From Chloroflexota bacterium (GTDB taxonomy: Bacteria; Chloroflexota; Limnocylindria; Limnocylindrales; CSP1-4): 64,000 bases of DNA. Position 1 is the stretch's first letter. Each line of letters opens with the position of its first letter. This document shows, piece by piece, positions 1 through 7,091 of the stretch. Location of the stretch: assembly GCA_015478725.1 (NCBI GenBank), contig JADMIG010000008.1, positions 1,174 to 65,173 of the forward strand, in the 5' to 3' direction. The notes under the pieces are model-generated. The model was not told where the DNA came from and did not search any database. It saw nothing but the letters and a program-made list of their open reading frames with translations. The position numbers and the translations under genes were made by a program.

Positions 1-3000
1 TCGTTGACGAGGACCTCCACCGGGTAGAAGCCCATCGGCTGGGCGTTGATGAGCCCGACGACGAACTGGGCCGGATAGAACAGCTTGAGGAACGCCGACT
101 CGTAGGCCGTCCGGGCGAACGCGGCCGCGTGCGACTTCGCGAACCCGAAGCTCGCGAACGCGGCCACCTGGCGGAAGAGCTCCTCCGCCATCGGTTCGTC
201 CATCCCCGGCTGCCGCAGGCACCCGTCCACGAACCGCCGGTGGAGCTTCTCCATCTCCCGGCTCGAACGCCACGTGCCCATCGCCCGCCGGAAGCCATCC
301 GAGTCGGCCGGGCTGAAACCGGCGACATCGATGGCGATCCGCATGACCTGTTCCTGGTAGAGGATGACGCCGAGGCTGTCGCGAAGGATCGGCTCGAGGC
401 TCGGGTGGAGGTACGTCACCGGCTCGAGGCCCTGCTTGCGTCGCAGGTACGGATGGACCGCGTTGCCCTGGATCGGGCCCGGCCGGATGATCGCGACCTC
501 CACGACGAGGTCGTCGAGGTTCTGCGGTCGCGACTTCGGCAGCGTCTGCATCTGGGCCCGGCTCTCGACCTGGAAGACGCCCACCGTGTCCGCCGCCTGG
601 AGCATCGCGAAGACCTCGGCGATCTCCTCCGGCAGGCGGTCGAGGTCGAGACAGGTCGCGCAGTCGTGCTCGATGAGCTGGAGCGTCTCGTCGATCGCGG
701 CGAGCATGCCGAGGCCGAGCAGGTCGAGCTTGATGAGCCTGAGCGTCTCGACATCGCGCTTGTCGAACTGGACGACGACGCGGTCCTTCATCGTCGCTCG
801 CTCGAGTGGCGCGATGTCGATGAGCGGCGCGGCGGTCACGAGCATCCCGCCCGAATGGATGCTCAGGTGGCGGGGGAAGCCATCGATGCGGGCACAGAAC
901 TCGAGCCAGCGCTCCCAGTCGGACAGGCCGCGCGTGCTGCCACCGCGAGGCTGGGGCGGCGGCGCGGGTCGTCGCTCGGACGCTGGTCGTCCCGGCGCAA
1001 GGGACCCCGGCGCGGACGCTGGCCGTCCCGGCGCGACGACCCGATCGCGGTGGGTGAGATAGCCGGTCCCGCGCCCGGCTCGAAGCCAGGCGACGCTCGC
1101 TGGCGTGTCGCCCGGTCCGCCCTCATCGTCACCGGGACCACCCGTCCGGGTGGATGGCCCGCCGGGCAACCCCATCTCAGGCTCGTCCGATCGCCGGAAG
1201 AACTGCCCGAAGCCACCCTCCGACTCGAGGTCGCGACGGACCGTGACGCTGTCATACGTCTCGAGTGCCTTCGCCACCCGATCGACGAGCGGCCGCGGGA
1301 ACCCGAGCGCGATCCCCACCTCTCGCACCGCCGACCTGGCCCGGTACGTGACGAGATTGCAGACCATGCCGGTGTGTTCCGATCCGTACCGCCGGTACAC
1401 GTACTGGATCACCTCCTCTCGCCGCGCCGACGAGAAGTCGATGTCGACGTCCGGATACGTCGTCCGGCCCTCATTGATGAACCGCTCGAAGAGGAGGTTG
1501 TGGCGGATCGGGTCCACCCGGGTGATCCCGAGGACGTAGGCGACGAGCGAATCCGCCGCGCTCCCCCGTCCCTGGGCGGGGATGCCGCGCTCGCGGGCGA
1601 ACCGCATGAGATCCCAGCAGATGAGGAAGAACTCGGCGAGGCCGGTCCGTTCGATGACGTCGAGCTCGTGGGCGAGCTGGGTCACGACCGCCGGGGTCAT
1701 CGGATGGTAGCGGCGGCGGACTCCCGTCCAGCACAGGTCCGAGAGGTGACTGAACGGCGTCTCCCCACCGGGCACCGGGAACCCGGGGAACCGATACCGC
1801 TCGAACCCGAGATCCACCGTGCACGCCGCCGCGAGCTCGGCGGCCGAGCGGATGCCCTCGGCCCAGGCACGGGCCGTCCGCGCGTCGTCCATCGAGCCGA
1901 CGGCGGTCGCAGGGTCACCCGGCGGCAACGCCGCGAGCTCGCCGGCCGACTTGAGGTAGTGCTCGCCGGACGGGGACCGCAGGTCGCCGAGCGTGTCGAG
2001 CGTCCGGCCGTGACGGATCGCGGTGAGGACATCGTGGAGCTCACGATCCGTCGGTTCGGCGTAGTGGACATCGTTCGTGACGACGACCGGCAAGCCGAGA
2101 TCGTCGGCGAGCGCCGCCGTCTCCGCCACGAGCCAGTCGTCACCGGGGAGGAGGTGATGACCGAGCTCGAGGACGAACCCCGCCGAGGCGACCGCCGAGC
2201 CCTCTCGGACCGCCGGGCGACCGCTCGCCGCCGAACCGCCGCTTCCCGCCGGGCCGCTGCTCCGCGCCGGGCGACCGCTCGCCGCCGAACCGCTGAACAG
2301 TCGCGCATATCGCTCGCCCACAGCCCGGGCGCCCTCGAGGTCACCGGCGATGAGCCGTCGGGCGATCTCGCCGTCGCGGCAGCCTGAGAGCGCGACGATG
2401 CCCTCGACGTGCTCGGCGAGGAGTGCCTGGGTGAACCGTGGGACACCCTTCGTCCCGGCCATGTTCGCCCGGGAGACGAGGCGGCAGAGGCTCCGATACC
2501 CGGCCGCATCCCGGGCGAGAAGGACGAGGTGCGGCCCGCGCATCGCGGGGCTCACACCTCGAAGGTCCTCCCTGACCACCGGCCGGTGTCCGGGAGGTCG
2601 AGCCCGATCGGGCCGTGGCCGAGCCGGCAGCCCGTCCACGGGGACGCGTCCCGCGAACGGCACTCGCGCGGATCCTCGATCCACCCAGTCCCCGCCATCC
2701 ACCTCGCGGCGGCCGCGAGCCCCACCGGACGACCGTCGTGGCGGCACCACGATCCCGCCCGGATCCGGGACGGCCGGGTTGACGAGCTCGATCTCCACCC
2801 CGATGACCGGATGGAGGCCCGCCGCCTCGGCCGCCGTCGCGAAGCGCACGACCCCGTAGAGGCCCTGATGATCGGTGATGGCGAGACCGGTCAGGCCGAG
2901 ACGGACCGCTCGTTCGATGAGCTCGTCCGGCGGCGACGCCCCGTCGAGGAACGAGAAGTTCGTGTGGCAATGGAGCTCGGCGTAGGGGGTCGAGTCGGTC

Positions 3001-3002
3001 AT
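1..3002 (-). CDS. dnaE2: Error-prone DNA polymerase III alpha subunit DnaE2 (N-terminal ~1000 aa; gene continues beyond the left edge)
   Basis: My own minus-strand translation from ATG at 3002 gives MTDSTPYAELHCHTNFSFLDGASPPDELIERAVRLGLTGLAITDHQGLYGVV (PHP domain start). Later motifs are GIPAQGRGSAADSLVAYVLGIT, SIHSGGMLVT and GVFQVESRAQMQTLPK. It is absent from the ORF track because no stop lies inside the window. A LexA box sits 16 nt upstream, and imuA/imuB are adjacent. Confidence 0.93.
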   Translation of the reverse strand, partial: MTDSTPYAELHCHTNFSFLDGASPPDELIERAVRLGLTGLAITDHQGLYGVVRFATAAEAAGLHPVIGVEIELVNPAVPDPGGIVVPPRRSSGGARGRREVDGGDWVDRGSARVPFAGRVPVDGLPARPRPDRARPPGHRPVVREDLRGVSPAMRGPHLVLLARDAAGYRSLCRLVSRANMAGTKGVPRFTQALLAEHVEGIVALSGCRDGEIARRLIAGDLEGARAVGERYARLFSGSAASGRPARSSGPAGSGGSAASGRPAVREGSAVASAGFVLELGHHLLPGDDWLVAETAALADDLGLPVVVTNDVHYAEPTDRELHDVLTAIRHGRTLDTLGDLRSPSGEHYLKSAGELAALPPGDPATAVGSMDDARTARAWAEGIRSAAELAAACTVDLGFERYRFPGFPVPGGETPFSHLSDLCWTGVRRRYHPMTPAVVTQLAHELDVIERTGLAEFFLICWDLMRFARERGIPAQGRGSAADSLVAYVLGITRVDPIRHNLLFERFINEGRTTYPDVDIDFSSARREEVIQYVYRRYGSEHTGMVCNLVTYRARSAVREVGIALGFPRPLVDRVAKALETYDSVTVRRDLESEGGFGQFFRRSDEPEMGLPGGPSTRTGGPGDDEGGPGDTPASVAWLRAGRGTGYLTHRDRVVAPGRPASAPGSLAPGRPASERRPAPPPQPRGGSTRGLSDWERWLEFCARIDGFPRHLSIHSGGMLVTAAPLIDIAPLERATMKDRVVVQFDKRDVETLRLIKLDLLGLGMLAAIDETLQLIEHDCATCLDLDRLPEEIAEVFAMLQAADTVGVFQVESRAQMQTLPKSRPQNLDDLVVEVAIIRPGPIQGNAVHPYLRRKQGLEPVTYLHPSLEPILRDSLGVILYQEQVMRIAIDVAGFSPADSDGFRRAMGTWRSSREMEKLHRRFVDGCLRQPGMDEPMAEELFRQVAAFASFGFAKSHAAAFARTAYESAFLKLFYPAQFVVGLINAQPMGFYPVEVLVN
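2211..2293. repeat. 29-bp direct repeat (2211-2239 and 2265-2293) spaced in frame inside dnaE2
   Basis: cgccgggcgaccgctcgccgccgaaccgc occurs twice, 54 bp apart. It encodes a duplicated GSAASGRPA low-complexity insert after the PHP domain. Confidence 0.8.
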
Positions 3003-3017
3003 CGGGACCGTCCATGA

Positions 3018-3033
3018 TAGAACAGATGTTCTA
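3018..3033. promoter_or_regulatory. LexA/SOS box (Cheo-type GAAC-N4-GTTC palindrome) between dnaE2 and the divergent mini-ORFs
   Basis: TAGAACAGATGTTCTA is a perfect palindrome. On the minus strand it is followed by TATCAT (-10-like), then 12 nt, then the dnaE2 ATG. On the plus strand it is flanked by TACCAT. A near-identical copy lies at 6143-6158. Confidence 0.85.
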
Positions 3034-3081
3034 CCATGTGATCCGCAACATCGCGTCCCTCAACCGCGTCTCAGAGCCGCG

Positions 3082-3207
3082 ATGAAGCAGATCGTCCCGA
3101 AGGTCAGATGGCTCGCCCGACCGGTCGCCCTGACCATCGTCGTCGTCCTGCTCATCGAGGTCCTCCTCCCCCTCGCACTCGCCACCGCATCCGGTCCGGC
3201 GAGCTGA
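3082..3207 (+). CDS. Mini-ORF P1, 41-aa hydrophobic (single-TM) peptide
   Basis: MKQIVPKVRWLARPVALTIVVVLLIEVLLPLALATASGPAS. GC3 is about 36/41. It starts 49 nt downstream of the LexA box. It is too short for the ORF track, and no clear SD is present. Confidence 0.4.
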   Translation: MKQIVPKVRWLARPVALTIVVVLLIEVLLPLALATASGPAS

Positions 3208-3328
3208 ACTCGGCTCTCCCGGGCCTGGGGGTCCGGGAGAGCCGATACGAGGCACCTCCGTCGAGCACGCCACGGTAGGATGCCCTGGCACCCACCTGTC
3301 CTCGGCACTGACAGAGGAGACGACGCCG

Positions 3329-3427
3329 ATGGGACCACGACCGCGCGACATCCTCGGAGCCGGCCTGTTGACGGTCGTCCTCATGGGGCTCGTCGTCCTG
3401 CTGTTCATCGGGAATCTCCATCCCTGA
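3329..3427 (+). CDS. Mini-ORF P2, 32-aa hydrophobic (single-TM) peptide
   Basis: MGPRPRDILGAGLLTVVLMGLVVLLFIGNLHP. A GAGGAGA SD lies 8 nt upstream (3314-3320). It shares the PRD(I)LG + TM architecture with P3. Confidence 0.5.
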   Translation: MGPRPRDILGAGLLTVVLMGLVVLLFIGNLHP

Positions 3428-3519
3428 GACGCGCGCAGCCACCGCGCACGATGGGCCGGATGCAGCTACGATTCAGATCGGGTCGGCCGAGATCCGATCC
3501 ACACGGTCTGGGGGTGATC

Positions 3520-3627
3520 ATGCAGTCGGCGAAGCCTCGCGATCTGGGGCTCCTCGTCCTCGTCGTCGGCCTGTTCGCGATCCTCTTCCTGAGCTCGCTC
3601 ATCGTCGGCTCACCGGCTGTCCGCTGA
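3520..3627 (+). CDS. Mini-ORF P3, 35-aa hydrophobic (single-TM) peptide
   Basis: MQSAKPRDLGLLVLVVGLFAILFLSSLIVGSPAVR. A GGGGGTGA SD-like stretch lies just upstream. GC3 is high. It is the C-terminal part of track ORF 3280..3627. Confidence 0.5.
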   Translation: MQSAKPRDLGLLVLVVGLFAILFLSSLIVGSPAVR

Positions 3628-3655
3628 TCCGGCCAAGGGCGGCCGGTTCCCTCGG

Positions 3656-3904
3656 TCAGTCGTACAGCCGTTCGAGATGCCATGTCCCGTCGACCCGATC
3701 GAGATAGACGAGGGCCAGCCAGCGGGACCCCACGATCTTGAAGTAGTCGCGCGCGATCGGATCGCGCCACCACGATTCGTCGATCCGCCAGCGGGCGCAG
3801 ACCTCCACCGGTTCCCACCGATCACCCCAGCGGATCGCGGCGGGACGACCGTCCGGACCGAGTCTGGCCTCGATCGACGGATGCTCGCGGAGGAGGCGGG
3901 TCAT
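3656..3904 (-). CDS. 82-aa Trp/Arg-rich protein of unknown function, translationally coupled to imuB
   Basis: MTRLLREHPSIEARLGPDGRPAAIRWGDRWEPVEVCARWRIDESWWRDPIARDYFKIVGSRWLALVYLDRVDGTWHLERLYD. Its ATG (3904-3902) overlaps the imuB stop (3903-3901) as ATGA. It is the tail of track ORF 3656..4918. Confidence 0.7.
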   Translation of the reverse strand: MTRLLREHPSIEARLGPDGRPAAIRWGDRWEPVEVCARWRIDESWWRDPIARDYFKIVGSRWLALVYLDRVDGTWHLERLYD

Positions 3905-5277
3905 CGAACGCCCGGCCGCGCGCCCGGACCGGAACCCGGCCGCGCGCCCTGGCCGGAGCCTGCCGCACCGGAGCCTGCCGCACCGGAGCCTGCCGCACCG
4001 GAGTCGATGTCCACCCACCGCCAGCGCGCCTCGGCGAGCGGCGCCTCCGGATCGACGATCTCCATCCGCCGGATCCGATCGTCGCCGAAGGTCAGGGCGA
4101 GTCGGGCGAGCTGCCAGCCAAGCCGCGACGCGCGAGCCGCCTGTGGGACGAACAGCGACAGCTGCTGACCGGCGGCCGGGACGACACCGGCGAGCTCCAG
4201 CTCCATCCGCTCGACCGATGCGGGCGGCGGCGTCCGCTCGAGGCGGGCGAACAGGAGGCGCTCGATCACCGAACCCTCGGCCGTGGGCTCGGGGAGTCGC
4301 TGGCGGTACTCGACGACGGGCGGTCCGGTGGCGGCCGTGACCGGACCGTCGGTCGCGGCCGGGGCGTCGAGCGTCAGTCGGAGGTACGCGTCGGCGGCGG
4401 CCATCCCGCGGCCGGCGAGTTGATCGGCAAGGACGGCCACGAGTCGATGGAGGAGGAACCGGAGCGGTTCGAGGTCGTCGACCGGCGGCTCGATCGGGAG
4501 GGCGAACGCGAGGCGTTCCGGCGCCCGGCGGGGCATGAACGGCTCCGTCTCCTCTCCGCGGGACCGGGCCCGGATGCGTCCCCCCTCCGGTCCGAACCGG
4601 GCGACGAGCGCCGAGCGCGGGATCTCCGCGATCTGCCCGATCCGTCGAAGTCCGAGCCGGACGAGTCGAGCCCGGATCTCCGCATCTCCGGTGAGGAGCG
4701 CGGAGGGGAACGGGGCGAGGAACGCCGCCTCCGCTCCAGGCGGGACGGATCGGAGCCCCATCCGTGAGAGGTCGGACCCCGCCGGGGTGGGCGCGGCATC
4801 GCTGGCGGCGATGAGGGCCGCGAAGCGTGTCCCGGCGATCCCCGCCCGCGGCGCGCCGGGCAGGAGCGTCTCGAGCGCCTCGACGACTCCCCGGACAAGC
4901 GTCGGCTCCGGACCCCACAGCCGCTCGAGGCCGTCGAGCTGGAGCTCGATCCGCCCGACGGCAGGGTGACCGGCATCCGTCTCCCCGGCCACGCCTGGGC
5001 TGAACCGGGCGAGCCGTTCGAGCACACGTTCGAGCGCCGCCGCGTCGGACGCCGGATCAGGGTCGAGGAAGACCGCCTCAGGGGCGAGTCGCTGGGCGCT
5101 CCCGAGCGACATCCCCCTTCGGACGCCGAGCGCTCGGGCGTCCGGACTCGCGTCGAGCACGATCCCGGGCGTCCATGGCTGACCGCCGAGGATCACCGGC
5201 CCCTGCGGGAACGAGGCGGAGCGCGACCGGGCGAGCCGGAGGAGGAGATGCGGCCAGTGGAGGTGGAGGAGGCGCAT
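3901..5277 (-). CDS. imuB: ImuB, Y-family-polymerase-like mutasome subunit
   Basis: Start is MRLLHLHWPHLLLRLARSR...VILGGQPWTPGIVLDASPDARALGVRRGMSLGSAQRLAPEAVFLDPDP, a typical ImuB N-terminus. The gene lies between imuA and dnaE2. It uses the in-frame internal start of track ORF 3901..6150. Confidence 0.85.
   Translation of the reverse strand: MRLLHLHWPHLLLRLARSRSASFPQGPVILGGQPWTPGIVLDASPDARALGVRRGMSLGSAQRLAPEAVFLDPDPASDAAALERVLERLARFSPGVAGETDAGHPAVGRIELQLDGLERLWGPEPTLVRGVVEALETLLPGAPRAGIAGTRFAALIAASDAAPTPAGSDLSRMGLRSVPPGAEAAFLAPFPSALLTGDAEIRARLVRLGLRRIGQIAEIPRSALVARFGPEGGRIRARSRGEETEPFMPRRAPERLAFALPIEPPVDDLEPLRFLLHRLVAVLADQLAGRGMAAADAYLRLTLDAPAATDGPVTAATGPPVVEYRQRLPEPTAEGSVIERLLFARLERTPPPASVERMELELAGVVPAAGQQLSLFVPQAARASRLGWQLARLALTFGDDRIRRMEIVDPEAPLAEARWRWVDIDSGAAGSGAAGSGAAGSGQGARPGSGPGARPGVR
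3955..4003. repeat. 15-bp tandem repeat x3.3 in the imuB 3' end
   Basis: ggagcctgccgcacc is repeated and encodes (SGAAG)n at the ImuB C-terminus. An adjacent duplicated cccggccgcgcgccc (3911-3925 and 3935-3949) encodes GARPG. Confidence 0.85.
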
Positions 5278-6130
5278 GGGTGGAGGTCCCGGGGGTCGGA
5301 TGGATGGGGGCATCCGCGACAGGGGCGGTGGAAACGGACCGGATGCCGTTGAGCGGCATATCCCGGAGCAGCCGCTCATCGCCGAGACGACGGTCCGCCT
5401 CCCCGCCTTCGGCGTAGAGGATCCGCACCTCCGCCCGCCTCCCCGGCGGTCCGGACCGATCGCGGACGATCGCCACCTCCGTCCGCTGGCCGACGATGTC
5501 CCGCCCGAGCCGGATCCACGACCGCCGGACGAGCTCGAAGTGGAGTCCCGTCGACTCGGCGAGCGCGCTTGCCAGGTGCCCCGGCAGGCCCGGCGGCTGG
5601 AGGAGGACGAGGAGGGTCCCGGCCCGCCGGGCGAGTGCCGCGAGCCGATGGATCCGGTCCGCCGTTCCGCCATGCGGGCGGTGTCCACCCCCGGGCGGCC
5701 GCTCGACCGCGAGATCCGCAACGAGGAGATCCACCGTCCTGCCCTGGAGGAGCTGACCGGCCATCGACAGGCCCTCGTCGAGCGACGCCGGCGTGAGGAC
5801 GACAAGCCATTCGAGCCGAACCCCACGGGCGACCGCCTCCACCGGGTCGAGGCCACGGGCGAGGTCGAGCCAGGCGACGATCGACCCGCTCGCCTGCGCC
5901 TCCGCCACGAGCCGGAGGGCGAGCGTCGTCTTGCCGCTCGAGTGATCGCCACGGAGCGAGAGGCCGACGTGGCGGGGGACGCCGCCCGGACCGAGGATCG
6001 CATCGAGCGCGGCGAACCCGGTGGACACGACGTTCCCATCCGCCGTTCCAGGCCACCGTGGAGCTGCGGCGCCCCAGCGATCCCGGAGGGTCGCGAGAAC
6101 GGCCGTGACATCGGCGGAGGCGGTGGCCAT
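5078..6130 (-). CDS. imuA: ImuA (RecA/SulA-like mutasome subunit)
   Basis: STGFAALDAILGPGGVPRHVGLSLRGDHSSGKTTLALRLVAEAQASGSIVAWLDL is a RecA-like P-loop region. A LexA box lies 13 nt upstream of the ATG at 6130. The last ~66 codons overlap imuB out of frame. Confidence 0.8.
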   Translation of the reverse strand: MATASADVTAVLATLRDRWGAAAPRWPGTADGNVVSTGFAALDAILGPGGVPRHVGLSLRGDHSSGKTTLALRLVAEAQASGSIVAWLDLARGLDPVEAVARGVRLEWLVVLTPASLDEGLSMAGQLLQGRTVDLLVADLAVERPPGGGHRPHGGTADRIHRLAALARRAGTLLVLLQPPGLPGHLASALAESTGLHFELVRRSWIRLGRDIVGQRTEVAIVRDRSGPPGRRAEVRILYAEGGEADRRLGDERLLRDMPLNGIRSVSTAPVADAPIHPTPGTSTHAPPPPPLAASPPPARPVALRLVPAGAGDPRRSAMDARDRARRESGRPSARRPKGDVARERPATRP

Positions 6131-6142
6131 CGCCGATCATGA

Positions 6143-6158
6143 TAGAACATCTGTTCTA
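6143..6158. promoter_or_regulatory. LexA/SOS box upstream of imuA
   Basis: TAGAACATCTGTTCTA. The flank ATGATAGAACA..TGTTCTA is shared with box 1. On the minus strand it is followed by TATCAT, then 10 nt, then the imuA ATG. Confidence 0.85.
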
Positions 6159-6284
6159 TCAGTCAAGGCCCGGGCAGCCTCCGGATGGTCCCGGGACGGC
6201 CCCACGGTCTCCGGAACCGGCCCCACGACGCTCCCGCCCATCGTCACGAGAACGTCAACGAGCCCCATTACGCTGCTCGATACG

Positions 6285-7091
6285 ATGACGTCCATCATGA
6301 CCGCACCCCGCCGCGGGACGATCGATCCCGCCCTCCGCCCGCCCGGTCCGATCCTCGTCGTGGACGACGATCCGAAGATCGTCCGGCTCGTCCGGACCTA
6401 CCTCGAGCGCGATGGGTTCGACGTCGTGGGCGCCGCGGACGGACGGACCGCCCTCGCGGCGATCGAACGCCATCGGCCGGCCCTCGTGATCCTCGACCTC
6501 ATGCTCCCCGAGATCGACGGGCGGGACGTCATCCGGGCCCTCCGGCACACCGAGCAGGCGGACGGACGGCCAGCCGTCCCCGTCCTCATCCTCTCCGCCC
6601 GCGGATCGCTCGGCGACCGGATCGCCGGGTTCGAGGACGGCGCCGACGATTACCTGCCGAAGCCGTTCTCCCCCGCCGAGCTCGTCCTCCGGGTCGGAGC
6701 CATCCTCCGGCGCGTCGCCACCGAGCCCGCCATCGAGGTCACCGCCGGTGGCCTTATCGACGGGTCGGGTCGGCCGCCGCTTCGCCAGGCAGACCTCGTG
6801 GTCGACCGTGAGCGGCACGAGGTGACCCGGGGCGGCGAGCGGATCCCGCTCACGAACGTCGAGTTCCGGCTCCTCGAGACGCTCCTCGAGGCGGACGGGC
6901 GAGTCCTCTCGCGCGACCAGCTGCTCGACGCGGTGTACGGCTCGGATGCGACCGACGTCCTCGACCGGACGATCGACGTCCACGTGGGTCGTCTCCGCGA
7001 CAAGCTCGCCGACGACGCGGACCGGCCGCGATACGTCATGACGGTCCGCGGCGTCGGATATCGGAGCGCGCCGGTGGATCCCGGCCGATGA
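6285..7091 (+). CDS. OmpR-family response regulator
   Basis: ILVVDDDPKIVRLVRTYLERDGFDV...LVILDLMLPEIDG...GADDYLPKPFSPAELVLRV...TVRGVGYR. The start is chosen at MTSIMTAPRR; 6297 is also possible. Confidence 0.9.
   Translation: MTSIMTAPRRGTIDPALRPPGPILVVDDDPKIVRLVRTYLERDGFDVVGAADGRTALAAIERHRPALVILDLMLPEIDGRDVIRALRHTEQADGRPAVPVLILSARGSLGDRIAGFEDGADDYLPKPFSPAELVLRVGAILRRVATEPAIEVTAGGLIDGSGRPPLRQADLVVDRERHEVTRGGERIPLTNVEFRLLETLLEADGRVLSRDQLLDAVYGSDATDVLDRTIDVHVGRLRDKLADDADRPRYVMTVRGVGYRSAPVDPGR

Noticed and set aside
129-2509. Long ORFs in the track (129..2387 +, 752 aa; 1697..2509 -, 270 aa; 2341..3015 -) that cover the first 3 kb
   Set aside because: They are Arg/Pro/Gly-rich with no motifs. 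They lie antisense to or off-frame from a clean DnaE2 reading frame, which the track omits because it has no stop in the window. This is a typical high-GC artefact.
3955-4003. Short tandem repeats (15-bp x3 here, 10-bp x4 at 39731-39770) considered as a CRISPR array
   Set aside because: The units are directly adjacent with no spacers and are far shorter than CRISPR repeats. No cas genes are in the window.
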